DNA of 61,405 nucleotides, counting the filler, from Rhabdomonas costata (lineage: Eukaryota), in assembly GCA_019059605.1 (NCBI GenBank). It is 19 parts of 19 records of this genome, joined end to end, with 100 filler letters (N's around TTAATTAATTAA, not from the genome) between each part and the next. Parts side by side here need not be neighbours in the genome. Positions count along the whole stretch, not along the records: positions 9,728 to 12,867 come from JAHMHO010001303.1; positions 12,968 to 16,106 come from JAHMHO010001304.1; positions 16,207 to 19,343 come from JAHMHO010001305.1; positions 19,444 to 22,577 come from JAHMHO010001306.1; 15 more parts are not named here. One strand, given 5' to 3'. This document shows, one piece after another, positions 9,788 to 20,464 of the stretch. The notes below the pieces were generated by a model, which was not told the origin of the DNA, did not search any database, and saw only the letters and a program-made list of their open reading frames with translations. The stretch's first letter is position 1. Every line of letters starts with the position of its first letter. The translations under genes and the position numbers were made by a program.

Positions 9788-12778
9788 ATGCTCCACGCCC
9801 TGTCCAGCAGATGCTTCACACGGTCTTTGGCGCTGTGGATGCGGTCGGCTCCCTTCCGCTGCTTTGTCTGTTTCGCTGACTTTCAGTTTCCCCAACGGAG
9901 GGAAACGTGTCAAGTCCGGTCCTACGCTGCCGCAGTAACCACCGAAGAAGAGCAGACATTGCATGACCATAAGCAGCTGACATGGGAACTGCGCAAGCTA
10001 GTGAAAGCTCGCTCCTCGCCTGATACGAGGACGCAGGTGGACTCCCTTGTGGAGCGGGTCATTGCCCATTCCAGCAGCTTCGACGCCAAAACGTTGACGT
10101 GGTGTGTGAAGATTCTTGTCAAGTCTTCCCGACACCTGTCCCACCGAATCCTGTGGGAGTGCCTCTCCAAGTCTGCCGTGGCGCTCGCTGCCGAGCGGGT
10201 CCGCGACCACGCGTCGCAGTTTGACTCTCGTCGCATTGCCAGCTGTGTGAGCAGTTTTTCAAAAATTCCATTGCTGAGGGGAGACCGCGTTTTGTGGGAG
10301 GCGCTTAGCAACGCCTGCATCTCCGCAAAAGGGGAGCTGAGCGCACAGGACGTTTCGTTATGCGTGAGCGGGTTCTCTAGAGTCCGGCTGACCCTGAGCA
10401 ACTCGACCCTGTGGGTAGCCCTGGGGAGGGCAGCCTTTCTTTCCAAAAAGCACATGCGCCCGCAAAACCTCGCTGTCTGTGTGGAAGGGTTTTCCAACAG
10501 CAAAGTCCTTGTTGGTGACCAACGGCTTTGGGATGCGCTGGGAGCTGCAGTGCTCGCAATTGTCTCAGAGCTGAACCTTAAGGAGATAACCCTTTGCGCA
10601 AACGGATTTTCGAGGGTTAAAAGTACGTTCATCAACCGTCCGCTCTGGGGAAAGCTCAGGAATGCGGTTGTTTCCGTCAATACAGACCTGAGTCCTGCAA
10701 TGGCCGCGAACTGCGCGAGCAGTTTTTCGAAGGTAACATTTCTGCACCTTGATGAAAAACTGTGGACTGCTCTCCGAAGTCGCTGCCTGTTTTCTGTGGA
10801 TAAAATGAATCAGCAGTGCATTGCGAGCAGCGTCAGCGGGTTTTCTAAGGTTTGCCTCCTTCTTGACGACCAGGTCTTGTGGGAAGCTTTGAGAAATGTT
10901 GCGGTGTCCGCTGTTAACGGGATGAGTGAGCAGAATATTGCGCACTGTATTGATGGTTTCTCAAATGTTGATGTTGAAGACCGACTTCTGTGGAAAACTT
11001 TTGCAAGGGCAATTGTCACCCGCGACTTGGATGTCAGTCCTTTGTTTGCCGTATACTGTGTTGAGGGTCTATCGAAAGTGGCCTTCCTTCGTGGTGATCA
11101 ACAGTTGTGGGGATGCCTTCGACAAGCAACGATATCTGTTGCAAAGCAGCTGACTGCACAAGGCGCCGCTCTTTGCGCAACTGGTTTTTCTAAAGTCCAC
11201 TTCCTTCGGGGTGGCAGTGTGCTCTGGGAAGCTTTGGCGAACGCCGTATGTGCAGGTGCCAGCTTTACGGATGCCGAAATTCTTGCGCGGTGTGTTTACG
11301 GGTTTTCTCTGGCGCGCGGCTTGCTTGAGAAAAGAGAACTGTGGCAATGCCTTCAAAGGGCGACCAGTTCGCTTATAAAGCAAATGAACACAAGGGATGT
11401 TGCGAACTGTCTCACTGGGTTCTCAAAAGTTAAGATTCTCCACAATGACAGAGGGTTGTGGAGGCTCTTGGAGGCAGAGGCCTTGCGGGACGTCAAAGAG
11501 ATGGGTTCCCGGGAAGTTGCCAACCGCGTGAGCTGTTTCTCAAAGGTAAGCCTACTCTCAGCAAAGCGTGACTTGTGGGAAACTTTGGCCGCGGCGACTT
11601 TGTCTGCGCACAAGAGAATGTCTCCTGGAGACGTTGCAGGCTGCGTGAATGGCTTCTCTAAAATACGCCTTCTCCTTGGAGACCGAAACCTTTGGGATGC
11701 TCTGAAAACAGCAACCATTTCGGCGTGTTTGGAGATGAACCCACAGGAGGTTGCGAACTGCGTGAATGGGTTCTCAAAAATTGAATTCCTTGTCAACCAC
11801 CACCGCCTCTGGGGTGCTCTGGAGGGTGCCGCAGCTTCCCGTGCGGAAGACATGACCTCCCAGGGAGTTGCCACCTGCGTCAACGGGTTTTCCAAGATTC
11901 GGGACGCTTTGGGAAATAGAGAATTGTGGGTGGCCGTGGGATGCGCCTCTGTTCGTGGAGTTAAGCATGCCGATGCCCGAGGCGTTGCAAACTACGTCAA
12001 CGGTCTTTCCAAAGTGGAGTTTCTTTGGGGGGATCAACTTCTTTGGACCGAGTTGAAGAAAGCCTCTCTAAGCATTTTGGCGAACATGAACTCGCAAGAC
12101 ATTGCCACCTGTGCGAACGGGTTTTCCAAGGTCGAGTCTGCGTTGGACGATGCGGAGCTGTGGGACTCTCTGGGATCCGTGGCTCTCTCGGCCGTGGACG
12201 AAATGAACCACCAGGATGTAGCCAACTGCGTCAATGCCTTTTGCAAAGCAAGAGTTCTTCTCTCACACGGCCCGCTGTGGCAGGGGCTAAGGAATGCAAC
12301 TGTTTCGGTAGTAGACGACATGAATATTCAGGAGTTAGTCAACTGCGTTAATGGTTTCTCCAAGGTGGAATCTCTTCGTGGTGACCGTGAGGTTTGGGAA
12401 ATACTGCGGCGAGCGGTCATGTCTTTCAAGAAGGAAATGAACCCCCTGGACGTGGCAAACTGCGTCGACGGGTTTTCCGCAGTTGAGTTTCTGCGCGATG
12501 ACCGGGATCTGTGGAGCACCCTCGGTAGGAAGACCGTCACAATGCTGAGGAACATGGCGCCACCCCAAGTGGCGCATTGCGTGAGTGGGTTTTCGAGGAT
12601 CGAGTTTCTTCTCGGGGACCGGATCCTCTGGGAAGCTCTGGGGAAGGCTGCCGCTGCTGTTCCAAAGCCGGAGACTCGTTTGGACAGCCCCAGCAGGTCT
12701 GTTGTTGGGAAATCTATCGCTGAGAATAATGCTGTGCAAGCCCCCGCTGCCCCTGCCCCTGGCCACGTGGAAGAATAA
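9788..12778 (+). CDS. Intronless alpha-solenoid protein with 22 tandem 39-aa repeats (OPR/HPR/DUF1601/SKWP-like) and a putative mitochondrial presequence
   Basis: Uninterrupted ~3-kb ORF with repeat consensus MxxQ(D/E)VANCVNGFSKvxxLxxDxxLWxALxxA. The N-terminus from ATG 9788 (MLHALSSRCFTRSLALWMRSAPFRCF...RSYAAA) is Arg/Ser/Leu-rich and poor in acidic residues. Upstream start codons (9734/9743) lie inside a fold-back artefact. Confidence 0.9.
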   Translation: MLHALSSRCFTRSLALWMRSAPFRCFVCFADFQFPQRRETCQVRSYAAAVTTEEEQTLHDHKQLTWELRKLVKARSSPDTRTQVDSLVERVIAHSSSFDAKTLTWCVKILVKSSRHLSHRILWECLSKSAVALAAERVRDHASQFDSRRIASCVSSFSKIPLLRGDRVLWEALSNACISAKGELSAQDVSLCVSGFSRVRLTLSNSTLWVALGRAAFLSKKHMRPQNLAVCVEGFSNSKVLVGDQRLWDALGAAVLAIVSELNLKEITLCANGFSRVKSTFINRPLWGKLRNAVVSVNTDLSPAMAANCASSFSKVTFLHLDEKLWTALRSRCLFSVDKMNQQCIASSVSGFSKVCLLLDDQVLWEALRNVAVSAVNGMSEQNIAHCIDGFSNVDVEDRLLWKTFARAIVTRDLDVSPLFAVYCVEGLSKVAFLRGDQQLWGCLRQATISVAKQLTAQGAALCATGFSKVHFLRGGSVLWEALANAVCAGASFTDAEILARCVYGFSLARGLLEKRELWQCLQRATSSLIKQMNTRDVANCLTGFSKVKILHNDRGLWRLLEAEALRDVKEMGSREVANRVSCFSKVSLLSAKRDLWETLAAATLSAHKRMSPGDVAGCVNGFSKIRLLLGDRNLWDALKTATISACLEMNPQEVANCVNGFSKIEFLVNHHRLWGALEGAAASRAEDMTSQGVATCVNGFSKIRDALGNRELWVAVGCASVRGVKHADARGVANYVNGLSKVEFLWGDQLLWTELKKASLSILANMNSQDIATCANGFSKVESALDDAELWDSLGSVALSAVDEMNHQDVANCVNAFCKARVLLSHGPLWQGLRNATVSVVDDMNIQELVNCVNGFSKVESLRGDREVWEILRRAVMSFKKEMNPLDVANCVDGFSAVEFLRDDRDLWSTLGRKTVTMLRNMAPPQVAHCVSGFSRIEFLLGDRILWEALGKAAAAVPKPETRLDSPSRSVVGKSIAENNAVQAPAAPAPGHVEE

Positions 12779-12967
12779 GTTGTCTGTGGTGATACCAGGT
12801 ACACGTCAGGAGGACTATCCGAAGTACTTTCTTGGGTGTGAAGTGTGCTGCCGTTACCACACACCCCNNNNNNNNNNNNNNNNNNNNNNNNNNNNNNNNN
12901 NNNNNNNNNNNTTAATTAATTAANNNNNNNNNNNNNNNNNNNNNNNNNNNNNNNNNNNNNNNNNNNN

Positions 12968-13094
12968 CTTCACCTCGTCATTTTTTATTCGTCAGCACAA
13001 GTACCAGCAGAAGACGGAGAGCTTATCTCCAAGTACGCTTCCGCAGTGCAACATGCGTCTTTGGTGGGCACTCAGTTTGCATTTGGAACTAAAA
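12968..13094 (+). repeat. 127-bp terminal direct repeat, copy 1 (contig start)
   Basis: Identical to 15980-16106 except T13060 versus G16072. Confidence 0.97.
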
Positions 13095-15979
13095 CATGCC
13101 CCGCCACCCAACGGCCAGGACATAACACCTGACCATTCGGTCAGCCAATTTTAATCTCGAACACGTGAGGAACAAAGAACTTCAGAATGCCGAAATGAAT
13201 GATATAAAAAGAGCTAAAGTGTAGATAGCCTCTGACGATCGAAATTCATGTACTTCTCTCCAAAGTTGTGCATGGTAGACCTCATGTTATTAGATGTAAT
13301 CTGTAGTAGCAACGAATACAGGTTTGTTCAATGTGTCAATTAAATAAGTTTAAGCATTTTTTTGGTTGTGTTTATGTTTCTAAATGCTGTGAATGTTGGC
13401 TTACAGCCAACTCCAGGTCACGTTGATGATTGGTGTTGTCGGTGTTACATGGTTTTGACAATTTGACATTTAGAGTTTTGTATCTTTGGCATTGTCGGCA
13501 TAAAATCTCGGTCTGAAGGAACTTAGCTCAGCGCAACTCATATCAAAAACGTTTCGGCATAGAGCTCTTTGGAGGTCATGCTACGGAAGAGTTTTAGGTT
13601 GTAGTCCAAGAAGTAGAAATGTGTTGACAACCGGAGGCGACGAGGCTATCGTTTAAATGTAGATAATATGTTCACAAGATTACTGAATGAAATCTTAACA
13701 AATCCTCGTACCTGTATTTGTTATACAGGCCTTGATAAGCTGGACTAATCGTGATGCCAACTCGTTCAACGGGTTTCCTATATGTTGCATGTTTTAATCA
13801 ATCAGTAGAAAATTGGTAAATTTGGTATTTGCGCAAAATTTCTTTCAAGACTGCTTTTGTATATTGCCCAGTAGTCTTTGCCATAACTTGCTTCTTTGAG
13901 GTAGTTTGTGGTATCGCTGTGGATCTTAGGTGACGCTGAATATTTGATTCGTTGAGTTGTTTGTAATTACAAGGTAGAACAATCTGCGTCATCAACGTTG
14001 TTGTTGTTGCTTGTTGCAGTCAATATCCATAATTGTGTCGACTTGCCTCGCGTAATGCGCATCTTTTCGCTTTATGCGCCAATTGAGCAATGTAATTAGT
14101 ATTTTTCAAGCGTTAATTGGAGAGTTCTAGTCTGTAGAGTTGTCGCTGGACACGCACGTTGGAACGCTTCTCATGTGTGACTTTAATGGCTTTGTGGACG
14201 CCGATTTTGATTACAGTTCAGTCGAGCAGCACCTTGTTTGAAACTCATTACACGCCTCATTGTGCATGCTGCCATATTGGAAGTTCTTATGTGATATTGT
14301 ACTGTCTGTAAGTCAACCATTCTATCGGTGGACACGGTGTCACCAGCATCAGTTGTAATGGAATGAGGCCACTTCTTGGTGGTGGTTGAATTTGCACGCA
14401 GCCACGTTATCTTAGTACTAGGTCATGAATATTATATCGCTGTTTGCCGGCGGTTCTCATACATGTGCCTTCATATATATCTTACGAAATCTGTGGAATG
14501 GAGAGCAATGAGCGCGATCTGTCAAGGGTCCAGGGTTCAGAGCCTAATTGTCATACAAGGACGCATTCTTACGTAGCGACATCAGTGCGAAACCACGTTA
14601 AGTCATTTTTGGTGTAGGTGGTATAGAATTTACACAAGGTGGTCCACTAAACAAAATGTTTGGCGTCATTTCAGACTCTCAATTTTGACTCACACATCAA
14701 CAGTCTTGGGTGAGAACATGAGTTCTAGACTATTTAATTCTTCAAACACGTTTTGTGAACAGTTTTGAGCTTTCTTGTTACCGCAATTACTTTGGTTCGT
14801 TCTGAACATATGGAAGGACGTGGAGGATCCTATGTTGCAGACTACCTGCTACTATGTGTGGAAGTTGATGGTTCCTGTACGCAAGATATGCTGAAGTGGC
14901 ACGTGGTCATTATGCTTCAGGTTGGACAAAGCAGCTACATATTGCTGTGCGTTCTGAACCTGGAAAAATGTTCGGTCCTCTTCATGGTGCCAATTCTGCC
15001 TGGCTACCACTTGGTTCAAGTGGCCTTGTGTTTATGGCCAGGTCAATCCGTCCATCTCACAAAATTTATCTCGGGTGTTACTGAGGTGCCTAGTAGAAGT
15101 AGTAAGCGGCAGAGACTCACCTCCTTCAATGGGAAGAAATTCTTAGGAACATCACGTTTTCCATCAACTGGCTGCTTTTGAATTTTATTTGTGACAAATG
15201 TTAGGAGCTTTGGATTTAAGCAGGTATATGTGGTCGACTGGTACACTGTGTCATGTTCTATGTGTAAGTCCAGCATATATGACATCAACTTAATGTTTAA
15301 GGCCTTCCACCGGTGTGAGGTACCTAACGTAATTTGCGTGATGATTCAGGAGGCTATGCTGTTGCTTATTGCGTCGAATGCGTGCACGCAAACAAGAGGA
15401 TGCGTCAGTCTCAGTGGCTCCTGCAGTTGGAGGTAGTCACTGATTGAGCCACTCAACAGCTTTACTAAGCTCCATACAGCTGTAGAGACGGATCCACAAC
15501 CCTTTCCTGACTCACAAGTCTATTCACATTGGCATGCACCGACGCGGGAGCTTTTGCATCACTACAGATTGTCACCTGCTAGATATCAGCTGTGTCAACA
15601 GACCACAATTGCGTTGGCTATACACTGCTATTTAAGCGCCGGTGAACTCCACAAGCGCCAGTTACTCAGATATGCTTTGTGTCAACGTCTTGGATCTCCA
15701 ATCACATTTGGCGATAAACACAAGCATGCATTCCTCTTTATTTGCAGAGGAAGTCATCACATGTTCTGCGAAAGCAGCAGGAAGAACTCGGCAATGCCAA
15801 ATTCATACGATATACCAGAAGAGGCAGATGTGGTGCAATCGCTCCGCCATATTCTGTGCGGAGGTTCTAGCGACGTGCTCATCACTGAAATACGCGACCA
15901 CAGCATCTCCCTCCACTTCCAGCTCCTGCCTTTCTCGATGTTCCACGACTGCTTAATACACTTTTGTGTTCCATTCCTC

Positions 15980-16106
15980 CTTCACCTCGTCATTTTTTAT
16001 TCGTCAGCACAAGTACCAGCAGAAGACGGAGAGCTTATCTCCAAGTACGCTTCCGCAGTGCAACATGCGTCGTTGGTGGGCACTCAGTTTGCATTTGGAA
16101 CTAAAA
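15980..16106 (+). repeat. 127-bp terminal direct repeat, copy 2 (contig end); implies a 3,012-bp circular or tandem unit
   Basis: Matches 12968-13094 at an offset of 3,012 bp. Both copies sit exactly at the contig ends. Confidence 0.97.
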
Positions 16107-17067
16107 NNNNNNNNNNNNNNNNNNNNNNNNNNNNNNNNNNNNNNNNNNNNTTAATTAATTAANNNNNNNNNNNNNNNNNNNNNNNNNNNNNNNNNNNNNN
16201 NNNNNNGTTGGGGGGGTGGACGTTTCTTGGATCAACGCTTGCTCCGTGTGTGTGGTTTCGAAAGATGACATTCTTTTCTGTGAGAAATTTGTCTGTAATG
16301 AAAACCGGGATTAGTTTCCGCATTTTAACTACGGCAGGGTTGGCCACGCTTCTAATATCGTAAAAGAAGCGGGGGGGGGGGGAACCGACGAAAATATTGG
16401 ACGTAAAAGATCAAGTGGAACCGTCCTTTTGCCTCCTTGTTGTCAAAGTGTTGTTTATGCAGCACTGTTGCCACATTTTCGGTGCCCTGCAGGGTGGCGC
16501 GGTGAATAATTTTAGTTCATGGTATGACCTTTCCAACCTTTGCAACTCGTTGTCTCATGACGCAGAATTGGTGCATGGTTGGAGTTCTTGACCTCCTCCT
16601 CCTCCTCCTCCTTGTGAACGTATCATGTTTTTCGATATCAACCAGAACCGGAATAAAGTGAGAAGCTGCTGGAAGCCTTCTCTCCTCCCCCCCACAGTAT
16701 CCTTCCATTATTTATGCTCTTTCGCTTCCCTGAACACAAAACCCGTTGAGACCCCGGAACTCGTGCCAAACGATGGCATCACGAGGGCTCTTCTCCGCCT
16801 GTCTGATGCTGCTCCGGACAAAGGGGCTGAGATCTTTTCAGAGACGCAAGCTGAAGGAGATTGAGAAGGTATTCCGCAATGGTGTTCTTTAGGCAAGAAT
16901 AATTCATCTTGGACTGGGGCTGGTTTGGTGAGAACCGCGTGTGTATGTGTGTCTGCGTATTGCTGCTATTCAGTTTTCCACCACCTTTCTGCTCCGCCGC
17001 TGTCATGCACTCATCGGTGCTCGCATTTGGTCGCGCGGGTGATTATGCTGGCCCCTTGTTTTCTCAG

Positions 17068-17181
17068 GTCAATGAGGCGTTGGCAAAAAATGAGTACGGG
17101 TACCCCTGCCCCGTGTGCCGCCGGTACCGGCTGCCGGGGAAGTACTGCGCTCGTCCCGAGTGTGGGAGAATTCGGCCTTAG
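17068..17181 (+). CDS. Probable terminal exon with a four-Cys (zinc-ribbon-like) motif
   Basis: ttctcag|GTC AAT GAG... translates VNEALAKNEYGYPCPVCRRYRLPGKYCARPECGRIRP* (CxxC...CxxxxC). Confidence 0.5.
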   Translation, partial: VNEALAKNEYGYPCPVCRRYRLPGKYCARPECGRIRP

Positions 17182-18249
17182 CACCACGACCTTGTGCAAC
17201 GTTTTCTTTTGACCTGCTGCTTGTGATTTTGTGGACGACCTTTGAAGTTGTTGAACCTGTTGAAGTGTGGGGGGGGGGGAGACGTTGAAAAAGACAGTAA
17301 GCAAGGCTTGAGGGCCGCGGCGTTTTGCAAATCGTGCTTTGCAAATGTTCATGCCACATTAAACTTTTTTGTTACTAACGTCACCGACACCTCAGAGAAA
17401 CACTGGGGATTGCCGGAAATCCTCTCTGCCTCTTTCGAAGACAACTCTGGTTCTTTCGAAGCTCACAGTTTACAATATCTCCTGGACCCTACTATGGACT
17501 AAAAACCCACCGAATAAATGGCTGGATTTTTCAGCTACAGCTGAACGAATTACACAACGAAACAGGCGTGCTTCGATCTCAGCAAATGGTTATATTCGTT
17601 TTGGTTTGAAATTTGGCGTTTTGTATCGGTTTTGTGCATGTGAGCTTCTCAGGTTTGGAAGCGAATTGCAGCCACCGCTGCATTGCGAGCCGATAGGGTG
17701 CGGGTTATGGTGGTGATATTTCTGGTTTGATTTGGTTTTGGTTTTCTGTTGACTTTCCTTTCGTGGTTTCTCGAAAGCTCGGGTGGCAATGCGTTGCGCA
17801 TTTTAACGATTTGGCTTCTTCTTGCAGCTTGTAAATTCCGCAGATAGGAGCCCAAGAGAGTTGAATGCGTCAAATCATCTGACACCTAACACAAACGTTG
17901 AGGAGTGAGGGGTGCGCATTGCGTGTTCATCGCCAAATTTTCGGTGCAGGTAGGGGGTATAATTATTACTTGCATCCGTGCCGCCGATTTGTGAACAAAA
18001 ATGGTAAACCATACTAACGGCACAGGTTCCCTCCCTTGTGACCCTTTCCCTTTTTTCCAGCTGATCTGCTTCTCTTTTTTTTTCTTTTTTTTGGGGCTGC
18101 CCCAGCGTGTACTTTTGGTTGGGGCTTCGTCCCTCCCCTTGGGCTCTCCGTCTTCTTCGGAAGAGCCCCCCAACTGTGCATTCCTATGTGGTAAAGCCTT
18201 CATCGTCTGCGTCACCGAAGTTCGCCTCTTCCGAAAGTCCTACCCTTCT

Positions 18250-19343
18250 ATGCCTCCCCAGCCGTCTGGCTCGGGCTCCAGTGGGGCCTCCTCTATGGAC
18301 CAGGAGCTGGTCTCGCTCTTCAACAGCCTCAAGGCTGCCGCCAGCCCGCAGGACAAGCACCAAAGCGCGAAGGCCATCGAGGAGGTCCTGCTCACCCGCA
18401 GCCCTCACCTCCTGCCGCAGTACCTCGATGATGTCCTGCACCTGGCCTCCGAGCCCTCCGCGGAGATTAAGGGCTGGGTGTGCGGCTTCGTGGAGCGGGT
18501 GCTGGAGTCCCCGCACCTCCGGGCCACCCCGCTTCCCTTCTTCGCCAAGCTGGGTCAAACCTTGCTGTACCTACTCGCCGCGGATCGCACGGGGTCCGTC
18601 CGTAGGGCCCTGAGTGTGACCACGGCGTACTGCCAGAAGCTGCAGCCCTTCCTGGTGAAGCACGGGCGGGAGAAGGGAGCGGAGCTGGAGTCCTGGGAGA
18701 AGCTGTGGAGCGCCACGGCCTCGTCGCTGCGCCGGACCGCGTTGAAGGTACGTTGAGAAGGTTGGGGAGAGCCCCGTGTCTGTGATGTTCCATCTTCAAG
18801 CACTGCTGAGCCAACCGCGTTTGTTAGACTTCTGACATCGAATTATTGCGGTTCTCGATGTACTCTCGAGGATCTCGAGGGACTCCTCGTGTATACGCGC
18901 TCACTCTCTTTTGCCGCGTCTTCCCGTGTCCTCTTCTTTTAGTTGTCCCCACTGCTTGTTCTCGGCCCCCCTCTCCCATTTTCAGGTTATGAAGGGGTCA
19001 ACGAATCACCAGATGTAAAACAGCACAACACCAACAGGTCGACAACAAAAGTCGGACAGAAGAGCTCGGTTTCAATTGTGCTAACAACATTTACCATACA
19101 AGAAAAGAAGGAGAAAGAAGAAACGGAAAGTTATGACAGTAATAGCATGGAAGCTCACTGTTCACCCATCACACGGTGCAAAGAACCACCCACCACCACC
19201 ACTACCCTCACATCTTTCTTTGGGCTTCTTTCGCGCTGCGTTCACCTCTCAGGTTTTGCGGCAATGTGCGGAGCCCGAGCGAGTGAAGCCCCAGTGCTAT
19301 GCTCTCCTGAAGGAGCTGGTGCTGCTGTACTACCCACACCACC
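18250..19343 (+). CDS. SYMPK: Symplekin/Pta1 N-terminal HEAT region (3' partial)
   Basis: Exon 18250-18747 (AAG|gtacgt) and an exon from 19253 to the contig end. ELVSLFNSLKAA..KAIEEVLLTRSPHLLPQYLDDVLHLASEPSAEIKGWVCGFVE..LLYLLAADRTGSVRRAL parallels the symplekin N-terminal pattern ([39 protein letters not shown]). Confidence 0.75.
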
Positions 19344-20464
19344 NNNNNNNNNNNNNNNNNNNNNNNNNNNNNNNNNNNNNNNNNNNNTTAATTAATTAAN
19401 NNNNNNNNNNNNNNNNNNNNNNNNNNNNNNNNNNNNNNNNNNNTGTGGGGGGGACTGGCTCTGCGCCGGAGCTCCGACTCCTCCGCCTCCTCCGCCGCAG
19501 AGCCAGTCCCAGCCACCCCAACGGAGCTCGACACTGCAGCTGCTGCCATGCCAAACCACCTCACGCCACCGTTCCTCTCGGGTTTCTAAAAGAAAAGAGT
19601 TCTCAGGATGTTGGAGAATCAAAAGCACAAGGGGGGGGGGAAGGGCTGGAGAAAAGTTCGACAGTGCACAATATCACTTCCGTTGTGCAGACGTTTTTTT
19701 ATCCAGTCATCTTCCTCACCCCCACCCCCCAAGTTTTCTTCCACGTCGGCAAATTGTACCTCTGTGGGCCGTCAATCGCCGTCAATCGTGTGCGAATGTA
19801 TGCTTGCCGTGGATGAGCGCTCAAGCCCGGGGACCAACAAGGCCAATATCAGACCAAGGAAAAAACACCAAAACCAAGGACCATATCCACACCACCCTGT
19901 GCCGAAAAAAATCTCGTATCTTTCCCACCCTCCAAGACGCCTGCTGTGAAGTCGCCGTGTACCCAAATTAAGTCCACAGTTTGTCTTCCCAACATCTTCT
20001 GCTCAATGGCACGCGCGCATCAAACCACGGGAGGCGCGTCGACGCCGATGCACGACTAAACTGCCCCCTCTCCTCTTCCATTCATCGTAACTTAACTTAC
20101 CCATCATTCCCCGTCGTTTCCCCCGATCGCGTGTCACCACGAGCATCCTTATTTTCAACTTGGTGCCAATCGTACCCTGCCACACCGGAGCCCATTTCTT
20201 TATCAAAAACTTCGATGGTAAGAATCCCAAAGTTTTGCCGCTGACCCTTTCATTGCAAGCAAGGCCCAAACATCCGTCATATACATCCATCCAGTGTCAC
20301 TGTCCGAGGCTTTCAGCAGCATACGTCCCACCACATCGCCTCCCGTGAGTGCGAGCAAGGGTGAGAACAAGGGACAGTTGAGTTGCAGCAATACAGCGGA
20401 GCGTAGAAAGGCAGAGGTCGCTCCATGAGGGATGAAGACTCCCCTTCCTCGCCGAACACATCAA

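Noticed and set aside
9734-9796. 24-bp hairpin overlapping the start of the repeat-protein ORF (possible regulatory structure or longer N-terminus)
   Set aside because: One arm is at the contig edge, like four other unrelated fold-backs, so it is most likely an amplification chimera. The ORF-track N-terminus MEHMRLRRII is therefore not trusted.
14600-14620. TTGGTGTA in the circular contig resembling kinetoplast minicircle CSB-3 (GGGGTTGGTGTA)
   Set aside because: Only 8 of 12 nt match, which is weak on its own, and no CSB-1/CSB-2 is seen. No CRESS nonanucleotide stem-loop or Rep motifs were recognised either.
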